DNA of 64,000 nucleotides from Gemmatimonadota bacterium (GTDB lineage Bacteria; Gemmatimonadota; Gemmatimonadetes; Palauibacterales; Palauibacteraceae), in the NCBI GenBank assembly GCA_965116475.1, contig OZ220691.1, forward strand, positions 64,001-128,000, read 5' to 3'. The notes under the pieces were generated by a model. That model ran no database searches and was not told the DNA's origin. It was given only the letters and a program-made list of their open reading frames with translations. The position numbers and the translations under genes are program-made. This document shows positions 30,141 through 39,301 of the stretch, piece by piece; the first letter of the stretch is position 1, and each line of letters starts with the position of its first letter.

Positions 30141-32009
30141 TCAATTGAAGAACTCCCAGCGCAGGCCGAACACGTTGAGCTGCCGGGGGAAAAGCGCGCC
30201 CTGAAAATCTCCGATCTCGTCCGCCCCCAGGTTGCCGAACCGCCAGAAGAACCGAAAGTCGGCGATCTTGAACATCAGGTGTCCGCCCATCCAGCTGTCG
30301 GCTTCCAGCATCGCCGGGTCGGCCGAGCCGGGAACCGGGACGAGCCGCGTCCCGCGGCGGTCGATGTGCAGCGACACCCAGATGCGAAGGTTCTCGTCGA
30401 AGAAGGAGTCGGTCAGGTACAGCTCGGTGCGGAACAGACGGTCCGGAAGGAAGAGGGTCTCGGCGCCGCGCGAGTCGAACTTTCGCCACGAGGCGCGCAG
30501 GCGGATCGGCTCCACGCCCCGCAGCAGCACGCCGAGCGGCACGACCGGCCCGTCGAAGCGCACCTCCAGCGACGTCAGGTCCACCTCCCCGGAGTCGGCG
30601 ACGACGAGCCGGTCGAAGGGAGCGCCGAAGCCGATCTGCCGGTCCAACCGCTGCTCCGAGTAGCGCCCGCCGAGGTTGAACGGTCCGATCTCGAAGGCGG
30701 CAGCGGCGCCGCGAGAATCGAACCTGACGCTGTCCGCAAGCAGGAATTTCGCCGTCCCTAGGCTGTCGAGCCCGGCATGCCGCGGGAAGCCGATGCCCCG
30801 GGTTCCCTTCGCGGTGAACGCCCTCAGTTCGATCGGAAAGCGGAGCGTTTCCCGGAAGGCCAGCCCGGCGCGCCAGGATTTGGTCGGGAATTCGTTCCAG
30901 CTCGCGAGTTCGGCCCCGCCCTCGAGCGCTAAGGGCCCGATGGGCTGCCAAGCGGAGAGATCCGCGAGGCGCGATGCGTAGGCGTCGCGCCCGGCGAAGC
31001 GGAGCCCCATCGAGATCCCTCCCGACCCGGGCCGAGCCGAGAAGCGCAGACCGACGCCGTCCGCGCCCCACTGAGGCGGAGAAATGCTGTCCGGGAGGTT
31101 CTCGACGGCGTCCGTGAAGGTCGTGGCCTGGCCGTAGGCCTCGAACTGGGCCCGCCGCCCGAGGTTCGCCCGCGTCCGCAGCACGAACTCCCGGCGTGAG
31201 AATTCAAGCGTGTCGAGCCCGGTGCGTTCGATGTTCTCCGAGCGGTAGTCGAACTGAACCCCGAAGTCGTTCGAGCGCGGCATCCACGAGAAGCGGCCCT
31301 GTACCGCGAACCGGTTCTGATCGTTCTGCCGATCCCGGACGTCGTACCGTTCGAAGGAGGCCTCTACGTTGGACGCGCCGCCCAGCGAGTTGGCGAAGAC
31401 GGCGTCGAGGATCTCGGAGCGCGGGTCTCCGGTCAGTCCGCTGACGCGCGAGTAGGCCTGGACCCCGTCGTGGCGAATGAGGTCGACATCGATGACGAGG
31501 CCGTCCGCGCCGCGGTACACGCGCACCCGGTCGACGTAGTTCAACGACACGCGCCGGAGGTCCCCCTGGCTTCGGGAGAGGGGGAGGACTTCACGACCGT
31601 CGATGTAGAGGGTCACGAGCCCCGGTCCGAAGCCGCCGTCGAAGACGTGGTGCGGTCCCTGGAAGAACTCGCCGCGAACGCCCGTGATGCCCGGAACGTG
31701 CTCGAGCAGGAGTTCGAGGAGGGTAAACGAGGGCGACGCGTGCACGCACTCCCGGTCGCAATCGAAAACCTCGTGCGTGGGGCCGCGCAGGCCTGTCAGC
31801 CGCTCCGGAAAGCTCTGCGCCCGCCCGGCCACGCTGTCGGCGAACGCGGCGAGGACCGAGTCGGGGACGACTTCCAGGCTGTCCGAAACCGGCGGCAGGC
31901 TGTCCGGGACGGGTGGATCCTGGGCATGGGCCGCGGAGACGCCCCCGACCGCGAGCAGAAGCGCGCCGAGCAGCTGAACGCCGAGCAGCCGAACGCCGAG
32001 CTTCGTCAC
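30141..32009 (-). CDS. Outer-membrane beta-barrel protein with a TonB-receptor-like plug domain
   Basis: Signal peptide, plug-like L..VPG....YIDG...L..V.R.RVYRG segment, alternating beta strands and C-terminal FGLRWEFFN. Confidence 0.75.
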   Translation of the reverse strand: MTKLGVRLLGVQLLGALLLAVGGVSAAHAQDPPVPDSLPPVSDSLEVVPDSVLAAFADSVAGRAQSFPERLTGLRGPTHEVFDCDRECVHASPSFTLLELLLEHVPGITGVRGEFFQGPHHVFDGGFGPGLVTLYIDGREVLPLSRSQGDLRRVSLNYVDRVRVYRGADGLVIDVDLIRHDGVQAYSRVSGLTGDPRSEILDAVFANSLGGASNVEASFERYDVRDRQNDQNRFAVQGRFSWMPRSNDFGVQFDYRSENIERTGLDTLEFSRREFVLRTRANLGRRAQFEAYGQATTFTDAVENLPDSISPPQWGADGVGLRFSARPGSGGISMGLRFAGRDAYASRLADLSAWQPIGPLALEGGAELASWNEFPTKSWRAGLAFRETLRFPIELRAFTAKGTRGIGFPRHAGLDSLGTAKFLLADSVRFDSRGAAAAFEIGPFNLGGRYSEQRLDRQIGFGAPFDRLVVADSGEVDLTSLEVRFDGPVVPLGVLLRGVEPIRLRASWRKFDSRGAETLFLPDRLFRTELYLTDSFFDENLRIWVSLHIDRRGTRLVPVPGSADPAMLEADSWMGGHLMFKIADFRFFWRFGNLGADEIGDFQGALFPRQLNVFGLRWEFFN

Positions 32010-33457
32010 CCTCGCTCGCGGACGCGCAGCCATTCGTGGACGAGCCGGACGCCGACCCCGGTGGCGCCCTTCGGCTGCCAGCCCCGCGCCTCCTTCGCCC
32101 ACGCCGTGCCGGCGATGTCGAGGTGGGCCCAGGGCACGTCGTCCGACACGAACTCGCGCAGGAACCAGCCCGCGGTGATCGTGCCCGCGCCCCGGCCGCC
32201 GATGTTCTTGATATCCGCGATGTCGGAGTCGAGCTGCGCCCGATACGCCTTCCACAGCGGGAGGGGCCATGTCCGTTCCCCGGTCGCGTCGCCGGCTTCC
32301 GACAGCTCGTCGGCGATGCCCCGGCCGTTCGCGAGCACGGCCACCGCGTGGTGGCCGAGCGCGATGACGCAGGCGCCGGTCAGGGTGGCCATGTCGACGA
32401 TCGCCACCGGGTCGAGCCGCTGCGCGTAGGTGAGGGCGTCGGACAGGATGAGCCGGCCCTCCGCGTCCGTGTTGATGACCTCGATCGACGTCCCCGACAG
32501 GCCGCGGATCACGTCCCCCGGCTTCACGGCATCCCCCGCCGGGAGGTTCTCCGTCGCGGGCACGAGGCCGATCACGCGCTGCGGGATGTCGAGGCGCGTC
32601 GCCGCGATCATCACCCCGAACACGGCCGCGGCGCCCGCCATGTCGTACTTCATGTCCTCCATGCCCGAGGCGGGCTTGAGCGAGATCCCTCCCGCATCGA
32701 AGGTGACGCCCTTGCCGACGACGACGACGGGGTCGCCCCCCGATCCCTCATGCTCCATCTCGATGAAGCGCGGCTCCTCGACGGATCCGCGGGCCACCGT
32801 GAGGAGGCCCCCGAACCCCTCCTCCTCCAGCCGCGCCCGATCCCGCACCTCGACCCGGAAGCCGTGTTCCTCCGCCAGCCGCTCCGCCTCCGCCGCCAGG
32901 TAGCGCGGCGTCGCCACGTTGCCCGGCAGCGTCACGAGTTCGCGGGTGGCGTTCTGCGCCTCGGCGAGCACGCGGCCCCGCCGCACGGCGGCTTCGGCCT
33001 CGCGGTCGGCCCGGCCCACCGCGAGGAGGACCCGCTCGCCGGGCGCGGCGGTGCGGCCTTCCGCGTCGCGGAGCCCGTCGTAACGCCAGTCCCCGAGGGC
33101 GAGCCCTTCGGCGGACGCCTGCCACACCGTGCCGTCCGCCGTCTCCGGCACGCGGAACCCGACGGACCCGAGGCCCCGCTCGCGCGCCGCTCTGACCCCG
33201 GCCCCCGCCGCCCGCCGGCACGACTCGGCCCGCGGTCTCGCTCCGGCATCGAGGCGCACCACGAAGAGGTCCGGGGTCTCCGCGGCTCCGAGCCGCGCCC
33301 AGGCCGACGCCTCACCGGAACGTCCATGGCCCTCCAGCCACGCGGCCGCCGGGCCTTCCCACCACTCTCCCGTCGACTCCGCGTCATCGAACCACGGGAC
33401 CACGAGAGCGTCCAGTTCCCGTTCGACGGGTATCCCCGAGCGTATTTCCACCGACAC
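32006..33457 (-). CDS. pepA: Leucyl aminopeptidase (M17)
   Basis: VGKGVTFDAGG, MKYDMAG, NTDAEGRL and WAHLDIAG. Confidence 0.96.
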   Translation of the reverse strand: MSVEIRSGIPVERELDALVVPWFDDAESTGEWWEGPAAAWLEGHGRSGEASAWARLGAAETPDLFVVRLDAGARPRAESCRRAAGAGVRAARERGLGSVGFRVPETADGTVWQASAEGLALGDWRYDGLRDAEGRTAAPGERVLLAVGRADREAEAAVRRGRVLAEAQNATRELVTLPGNVATPRYLAAEAERLAEEHGFRVEVRDRARLEEEGFGGLLTVARGSVEEPRFIEMEHEGSGGDPVVVVGKGVTFDAGGISLKPASGMEDMKYDMAGAAAVFGVMIAATRLDIPQRVIGLVPATENLPAGDAVKPGDVIRGLSGTSIEVINTDAEGRLILSDALTYAQRLDPVAIVDMATLTGACVIALGHHAVAVLANGRGIADELSEAGDATGERTWPLPLWKAYRAQLDSDIADIKNIGGRGAGTITAGWFLREFVSDDVPWAHLDIAGTAWAKEARGWQPKGATGVGVRLVHEWLRVRERG

Positions 33458-33459
33458 CT

Positions 33460-33500
33460 TCCTTGTCTCGACCCTCGACCCTTGTCTCGACCCTTGTCTC
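33460..33500. repeat. Imperfect tandem repeat of CCTTGTCTCGAC units directly upstream of pepA
   Basis: CCTTGTCTCGACCCTCGACCCTTGTCTCGACCCTTGTCTC. Confidence 0.7.
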
Positions 33501-33553
33501 AACGAAAGAAGCGGGCTCGGCAGCCCCCTGGAGGCCTGCGGCCCGCTTCCGTT
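33501..33553 (-). terminator. Hairpin between citrate synthase and pepA
   Basis: GAAGCGGGC...GCCCGCTTC arms flanked by AACG/CGTT. Confidence 0.45.
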
Positions 33554-33618
33554 GGCGTGATGGCCGGCGCCGGACGCGGCGGGCCCCGGCCCCTTCCGCG
33601 ACTTCGGCTCAGCGCCCG

Positions 33619-34743
33619 TCAGCGCTCGTCCATCGGCACCCAGCGCAGGTCCATCTCCCCCACATACTCCGCACGCGGACGAATGAGCCGGTTGTCGGCG
33701 TGCTGCTCCATGACATGCGCCGTCCAGCCGCCCATCCGTCCCATTGCGAAGAGCGGCGTGTAGAGGTCGATCGGAATGCCGAGCGCGTAGTAGACGGTGG
33801 CGCAGTAGAAGTCGACGTTCGGGTTGATCCCCTTCTCGGAGATCATCCTGTCCTCGAGCTTGCGGGACATCTCGTAGAATTTCCCGAGGCCCGCCTGCTG
33901 CGTGAGCACGCGGGACATCTCGCGCAGGTGCGTCGCCCGCGGATCCTCCGTCTTGTAGACGCGGTGGCCGAAGCCCATGATCTTCCGCTTCTCGGCGAAG
34001 GCCCGGTCGAGCCACGGTCCGACGTTCTCCGTGTCGCCGATCTCGAGCAGCGTGTGCATGGCCCGGGCGTTCGCTCCGCCGTGCAACTCGCCCTTCAGCG
34101 CCCCGACACCCCCCGTCACGGCCGAGTGCATGTCCCCGAGCGTGGCGGCGATGACGCGGCAGGCGAACGTCGAGGCGTTGAATCCGTGGTCGAGGTACAG
34201 AAGCAGCGTCCGGTCGAGCGCGTCGACGGCCTCCGCCGTTCCGGGCTCGCCGTTCGCCATCCTCACGAAGTCGGCGGAGAGCGAGAGCGACGGGTCGGGC
34301 TCCAGCGGCTCCAGTCCCTGACGAATGCGGTGGATCGCCGCAATGATCGTGGGAGTCCGCGCGACGAGCCGCTCCGCCTTGCGCCGGTTCGCCTCGATCG
34401 AGTTGTCCTCGGCGTCCGGATCGTACACGCCCTCGAGGGATACCCCCGTCCGAAGGGCGGCCATGGGCACGGTCTCCGCGGGGAGATCCTTCAGGCCGTC
34501 GATCGTTCGCGGATCCAGCGCGCGCTGCGCGGCGAGCGCCGTTTCGAACTCGTCGAGTTCCGAACGCTTCGGCAGGCGCCCGTTCCAGAGCAGGAACACG
34601 CTCTCCGGGAACGAGACGTTGGGCGCGAGTTCGTGGATGTTGTAGCCCCGATAGACGAGGATGCCCTTGAGTCCGTCAATGAAGCTGAGGTGAGTCTGCG
34701 AGGCGACGACGCCTTCTAGTCCTTTCCCGGCGGCGGCGGTCAT
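33619..34743 (-). CDS. Citrate synthase (short dimeric-type citrate / methylcitrate synthase family)
   Basis: GLEGV, DHGFNASTF, LHGGAN, MGFGHRVYK and PNVDFY. Confidence 0.95.
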   Translation of the reverse strand: MTAAAGKGLEGVVASQTHLSFIDGLKGILVYRGYNIHELAPNVSFPESVFLLWNGRLPKRSELDEFETALAAQRALDPRTIDGLKDLPAETVPMAALRTGVSLEGVYDPDAEDNSIEANRRKAERLVARTPTIIAAIHRIRQGLEPLEPDPSLSLSADFVRMANGEPGTAEAVDALDRTLLLYLDHGFNASTFACRVIAATLGDMHSAVTGGVGALKGELHGGANARAMHTLLEIGDTENVGPWLDRAFAEKRKIMGFGHRVYKTEDPRATHLREMSRVLTQQAGLGKFYEMSRKLEDRMISEKGINPNVDFYCATVYYALGIPIDLYTPLFAMGRMGGWTAHVMEQHADNRLIRPRAEYVGEMDLRWVPMDER

Positions 34744-34838
34744 TCTTTCACGAGGCCTTTCGGTATGGCGCGGGGGTCACCGCGCGGAAGGCCAGCAGCC
34801 CGTGGCAAGAGCCCCGGCGCGGGGTTTGCCGCGGACTG

Positions 34839-35090
34839 CTAGCGGATGGCGGGATCGAGTGTCGCTTCCTTGAAGTGCTTCTTGAGATCATCGAGACTGA
34901 GCTGCTCGAACGAACCCTGCGGGAGCCGGAGCCGCCGCTGGGTCTGGTACGGGTCGGAGAAACAGACGAACACGACCGCTTCGAAATCGTCGGGCGGAGC
35001 CTTTTCGTTCGGATCGGGCCAGAAAACCTCGCGGGAAGCGAGCCATGCTTTCCACCGGCGTCCGTCGTCATCCTGGAAGGTCTTTGTCAT
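34839..35090 (-). CDS. Hypothetical protein (83 aa)
   Basis: GAGGTGG Shine-Dalgarno, MTKTFQDDDGRRWKAW..., and a hairpin downstream at about 34799-34835. Confidence 0.7.
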   Translation of the reverse strand: MTKTFQDDDGRRWKAWLASREVFWPDPNEKAPPDDFEAVVFVCFSDPYQTQRRLRLPQGSFEQLSLDDLKKHFKEATLDPAIR

Positions 35091-35147
35091 TTCCACCTCT
35101 GGCAGCCGGGACGGGTCACTCGCAAACGGGCAACGGGACGTTTCCGG

Positions 35148-35175
35148 CCTGGATACGCATTCCTGGATACGCATT
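35148..35175. repeat. Perfect 14-bp tandem duplication
   Basis: CCTGGATACGCATT CCTGGATACGCATT in intergenic DNA. Confidence 0.85.
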
Positions 35176-35264
35176 CATCGCAGCCAAGAAAGATAGCGTG
35201 CGATCACGGAATCGGGAAGAAGGTTCGCGGCTCCGAGGGACCGGCGAATGCGGCCTGATTCGGA

Positions 35265-35402
35265 TCAACCCGGCGGGACCTCCCCGTCCGGCGCATCGGG
35301 CGCGGGGAGCCGGCATGCGAACGCGAAACCGCCGCCCATGAGAAGGCCCACGAGCAGTCCGAGCAGAATCGTCACGAGGACGTAGTACAGTGTGATAGTC
35401 AT
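35265..35402 (-). CDS. Small single-pass membrane protein (45 aa)
   Basis: MTITLYYVLVTILLGLLVGLLMGGGFAFAC... has a strongly hydrophobic helix atypical of GC shadow ORFs. Confidence 0.5.
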   Translation of the reverse strand: MTITLYYVLVTILLGLLVGLLMGGGFAFACRLPAPDAPDGEVPPG

Positions 35403-35467
35403 GCGGGAAGAATGTCGGATCTGACCGCGGATGTCCAGCGCGTGGCGGGCCGCGGCAGAACCCCGCG

Positions 35468-36232
35468 TCAGCGCGGAGAGCGGTGCAGGCGGCGGAGAAC
35501 GCGTTGCTGAAAGGCAATCCGTTCCATGACCCGGTCGACGATCTGCTGGGCGCTCTTCCGCGAACGGCCCTCGGAGGCCAGGTCGTCGTACCGCACGGGC
35601 CGGCCCACGTAGATGGACACCCGCTGCCCGATCCGCGGCAGGCGGGAGCCGATCGGCAGCACGCGGTCCAGTCCGTCCAGCGTGATCGGAACCACGTGCG
35701 GACGGGTTTGGAGGATGACCATGCCGGCACCGGCCCGCCCGCGTCCGACCTCCCCGTTTCGTGAGCGCGTCCCCTCCGGGAAGAGCGTGAGTATGCCCGC
35801 CCGGAGCACGTTCGCCGAGCGGATCATCGCCCTCAGGTCGCGGCGGCCGCGCCGAACCGGAATGCACTGGAACTGGTGGAACACCCAGCCAAAAAACGGG
35901 TTCTTGAAAAAGTTCTCCGCCGCGGCCGCATTCCAGGGCGCGAGGTGCGGCCTGAATGTCTTTTCCGGGAAGAACAGGTAGTAGGCGATGGGAAACGAGT
36001 CGATCATCGACTGGTGATTCGAGAGGACGAGGGTGTTCGGAAGGTGCGGGACGCGGCCGCGGCCGTAGACCCGCGTTCGATTGAGGAGACCGAAGAGAAG
36101 GAAGACCAGGGGTGGGGCCACGAGGTTCGTGATGACCCAGCGAGTGGCCGGCGTCAGCCACCGCGTGATCGGGCCCGGGGCCCAGTCCGGAGGCGATGCG
36201 CTCGCCCGCTTCGGGTTCTCGCGATCCATCAT
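35468..36232 (-). CDS. 1-acyl-sn-glycerol-3-phosphate acyltransferase family
   Basis: NHQS..D and FPEGTRS motifs (PlsC family). Confidence 0.92.
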   Translation of the reverse strand: MMDRENPKRASASPPDWAPGPITRWLTPATRWVITNLVAPPLVFLLFGLLNRTRVYGRGRVPHLPNTLVLSNHQSMIDSFPIAYYLFFPEKTFRPHLAPWNAAAAENFFKNPFFGWVFHQFQCIPVRRGRRDLRAMIRSANVLRAGILTLFPEGTRSRNGEVGRGRAGAGMVILQTRPHVVPITLDGLDRVLPIGSRLPRIGQRVSIYVGRPVRYDDLASEGRSRKSAQQIVDRVMERIAFQQRVLRRLHRSPR

Positions 36233-36327
36233 CGCCTGAGAGTAGGTTGCCCCGGAATCGGCGGGAAGGCCGGGCGGCCGAAACGCCACCGAACCACGGA
36301 GATCTGGAGCCAGCGCGCGTGCGAAAG

Positions 36328-37563
36328 ATGGATCTTGCCATCATCGGAGGAGGGCCGGTCGGGCTCGAGGCCGCGGCGCGCGCCGCCCGCATGGGCCTCG
36401 CCACCGTCCTGTTCGAGGCCGGCGAGGTGGCGGATCACGTCCGCGCCTGGGGCTGGCTGCGGCTTTTCTCCCCCTTCGAGTGGAACGCGGGACCGGCGGG
36501 GCTGGAGGTGCTGCGCGGCCAGGGGGGCGAACTGCCGGCGGCGGAGGCGTTGCTCACGGGCGCGGAGTTGCGCGCACACTATCTGTTGCCCCTGGCCGCG
36601 GCCCTGCGGTCGCGCGTGGAGGTCCGCGAGGGCGCGCGCGTACGGGATGTCGCCCGGGCGGACCGGCTGAAGGGCGAGGCGCTCGGCGAGGCCGCCCGGG
36701 CCGAACAGCCCTTCCGGCTGCTCGTGGAGGAGAGCGGGGCCGAGACCGAGGCGTTCGCCCGGGCCGTGTTCGACTGCTCGGGGACGTACGGGCAGCCCAA
36801 CTGGGCGGGCCCGGGCGGCACGCCGGCTATCGGCGAGCGATCCGCGCGGCGCGCGATCGAGTACTGCATCCCGGATGTGCTCGGCGCCCAGCGCGGGCGC
36901 TACGCGGCGCGGCGCACGCTCCTCCTCGGGAACGGACATTCCGCCGCTACGACCGCGTGCGGCCTCGGGGCGCTGGCCCGGGCCGTGCCGGGGACACGGT
37001 TCACCTGGGCCAGCCGCGAGGCGCACGGCGTCCCGCTGCGGGCGATCCCCGACGATCCACTCCCCGAGCGGGTGAGGCTCACGCGCCGCGCCAACGCGAT
37101 CGCGGCCGAACCGCCCCCCGGTTGCGAGTGGCTCTCGCAGAGTCGCATGCTCGCCGTCCGGCAGGTCGAGTCGCGGGGACTCGAGGTCGACCTGGAGGTC
37201 GCCGGGGACGTCCGGCGCGACCGTTTCGACCGGATCGTGGCCAACGTCGGCTACGAACCCGACGACCGCCTGTATCGTCAGCTCCAGGTGCACGCCTGCT
37301 ACGCGTCCCTCGGCCCGATGGGCGTCTCCGCGGCGCTCCTCGCCGCCCAGGATCCCCGGGAAGACGCGCCGGCGGACTGCTGTATCGGGTCGGACGCGCT
37401 CGGGCCCGACACGCTGCGCAACCCGGAACCCGGCTTCTTCATCCTGGGCGCCAAGAGCTTCGGCAAGAACTCCGCCTTCCTCATGCGGACGGGGTACGAG
37501 CAGGTCGCCGACGCGTTCTCGCTCCTCGGATGGAACGCCGCGCGCGCGACCGGGGCACGCTGA
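36328..37563 (+). CDS. FAD/NAD(P)-dependent flavoprotein monooxygenase / oxidoreductase
   Basis: IIGGGPVG, DCSGTY, second Rossmann motif G.GHSA, and C-terminal EPGFFILGAKSFG...GYEQV. Confidence 0.88.
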   Translation: MDLAIIGGGPVGLEAAARAARMGLATVLFEAGEVADHVRAWGWLRLFSPFEWNAGPAGLEVLRGQGGELPAAEALLTGAELRAHYLLPLAAALRSRVEVREGARVRDVARADRLKGEALGEAARAEQPFRLLVEESGAETEAFARAVFDCSGTYGQPNWAGPGGTPAIGERSARRAIEYCIPDVLGAQRGRYAARRTLLLGNGHSAATTACGLGALARAVPGTRFTWASREAHGVPLRAIPDDPLPERVRLTRRANAIAAEPPPGCEWLSQSRMLAVRQVESRGLEVDLEVAGDVRRDRFDRIVANVGYEPDDRLYRQLQVHACYASLGPMGVSAALLAAQDPREDAPADCCIGSDALGPDTLRNPEPGFFILGAKSFGKNSAFLMRTGYEQVADAFSLLGWNAARATGAR

Positions 37564-37591
37564 CGCAGCCGGCCGTTTCAGCCCGCGAGGC

Positions 37592-39301
37592 TCACATCCG
37601 CTTGTAGGTCGGGCCGCTGCCGCCCTCCCGCGGCGTCCAGCGCGGACCGAGGACATCGGTCGCCTTGCAGTCGATGCAGTTCGGCGCGTTCACGACCAGG
37701 CGGTCGCCGTCGCGCTCGTACACGCCCGCCGGGCAGAGGCTGGCGTACAGCTCCGCCATCTCCGGCGACACCTCGGTGCCTGCTGCCGTGCCCCCCCCCG
37801 CGCCCGGCTCCGCGTCCGTCAGGAGGTGCGAGGGGATGTCGTCGCGGGTCGCGTTTCCGGAGCGGAAGACCGCGTCGACCTTGGCGACGGCGTGCTCGCC
37901 GTCGTACGCGGACTCGAGCCCCAGCCGCTTGCGACGAGGGCCCGCCGCGTCGGGCTCGCTCGGGATCCGGCCGCCGGGGAACGTGCCGCCCGTGGCCTGC
38001 ATGAGCCCCGCCTTGACGCCCCCGGCGAAGAAGCCGGACTTGAAGGCGAGCCGCTGGTTCCGGTTGCGGTACAGCGGGTCCTGGATGAGGCCCTCCCTCA
38101 GCGCCGCGTCGTAGGATGCCAATCGAGCCGCCGGGATCGCGCCGTCGGCCCCGTCTCGCCGGCCCGACAGCGCTCGGCCGATCGTGTCCGCCGCTAGGAC
38201 GCCCGACCGCATCGCGTAGTGGATGCCCTTGAGGGAGGCGACGTCGACGAGTCCCGCGGCATCTCCCGTGATGAGCAGGCCGTCCCCGCTCAGGCGGTCG
38301 GGGATGGCGTGGTATCCGCCCTCGGGGATCGTCTTCGCTCCCCACTCCACGAGTTCGCCCCCGGCCAGGATCTCGCGCACCAGCGGGTGCTGCTTGAAGC
38401 GCTGCAGCAGCGCGTGCACGTCGAGGTCGACGTACGGCGCCTCGAGACCCACGACGAGGCCCAGCGACACGAGGTTCTCGCCCATGGGATAGATGAAGCT
38501 GCCCCCGAACGCATCCCGCGGCAGCGGCCAGCCCATGGTGTGGGTGACCGCGTCGGGCGGCTGCTCGACCTCCCACAGTTCCTTGACGCCGAGCGCAAAG
38601 ATCTGCGGGTTCGCCGAGGCGACGCCCTCGCGCTCCAGCCAGGCCTGGCTCAGGGGGCCGCGGGTCCCCTCGGCGAGGACGGTGACGCGCGCGGAGAGGT
38701 CGGTGGCCGGCATGTAGCCGCCTGCCGGGTTTCCCTCCCGGTCGAGGCCGGCGGGCGTCGTGCGGACGCCCACGACCTGCCCGCTGCGCATGAGGAGCGC
38801 GTCGGCGGGGAATCCCGTGAACACGTTCACTCCCAGTTCCTCCGCCTGCGCACCCAGCCAGCGCACGATCTCGCAGATCGAGGCCACGTGGTGGCCGTGG
38901 TTCCGCATCGAGGGCGGAGTCGGGAGGCGGATCCTGCCGCGTTCCGTGAGGAGCAGCACGCGGTCGCCCGCCACGCGGCCCCGGAGGGGAAGCTCCGCCT
39001 CGTCGAGGTCCGGGAAGAGCGTGCGAAACGCTTCGGGGTTCACGACGGCCCCGGAGAGGCAGTGCTCACCGAGTTCGCCCGACTTCTCGAGGACGCCGAT
39101 CTCGAGATCGGCGAGCGGCCCGCCCTCGGCGCGGTGGCGGGCCGCGAGTTGCGCCAGCCGGATCGCCCCGGCGAGCCCGGCCGGACCGCCGCCCACGAAG
39201 AGGACGTCCAGCGGCACGGCCTCCGGGTCGGGATCCTCCTCGACGATGAAGCGCGCGCGAGGCAGCGGTTGCTGCGCGGACGCGGGAATCAGCAGTTTCA
39301 C
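37592..39301 (-). CDS. Electron-transfer flavoprotein:quinone oxidoreductase
   Basis: GGGPAGLA, H.LSGAV, GVKELW, GAKTIPEGG, KGIHYAM and C-terminal CPAGVYE..NCIDCK. Confidence 0.93.
   Translation of the reverse strand: MKLLIPASAQQPLPRARFIVEEDPDPEAVPLDVLFVGGGPAGLAGAIRLAQLAARHRAEGGPLADLEIGVLEKSGELGEHCLSGAVVNPEAFRTLFPDLDEAELPLRGRVAGDRVLLLTERGRIRLPTPPSMRNHGHHVASICEIVRWLGAQAEELGVNVFTGFPADALLMRSGQVVGVRTTPAGLDREGNPAGGYMPATDLSARVTVLAEGTRGPLSQAWLEREGVASANPQIFALGVKELWEVEQPPDAVTHTMGWPLPRDAFGGSFIYPMGENLVSLGLVVGLEAPYVDLDVHALLQRFKQHPLVREILAGGELVEWGAKTIPEGGYHAIPDRLSGDGLLITGDAAGLVDVASLKGIHYAMRSGVLAADTIGRALSGRRDGADGAIPAARLASYDAALREGLIQDPLYRNRNQRLAFKSGFFAGGVKAGLMQATGGTFPGGRIPSEPDAAGPRRKRLGLESAYDGEHAVAKVDAVFRSGNATRDDIPSHLLTDAEPGAGGGTAAGTEVSPEMAELYASLCPAGVYERDGDRLVVNAPNCIDCKATDVLGPRWTPREGGSGPTYKRM

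Noticed and set aside
31960-32000. 15-bp tandem repeats at the start of the outer-membrane protein gene
   Set aside because: They encode the LGVRL/LGVQL signal-peptide repeat, a trivial in-frame duplication.
33460-35175. Short repeats as a CRISPR array
   Set aside because: The units are 12-14 bp, tandem and without spacers, and there are no cas genes.
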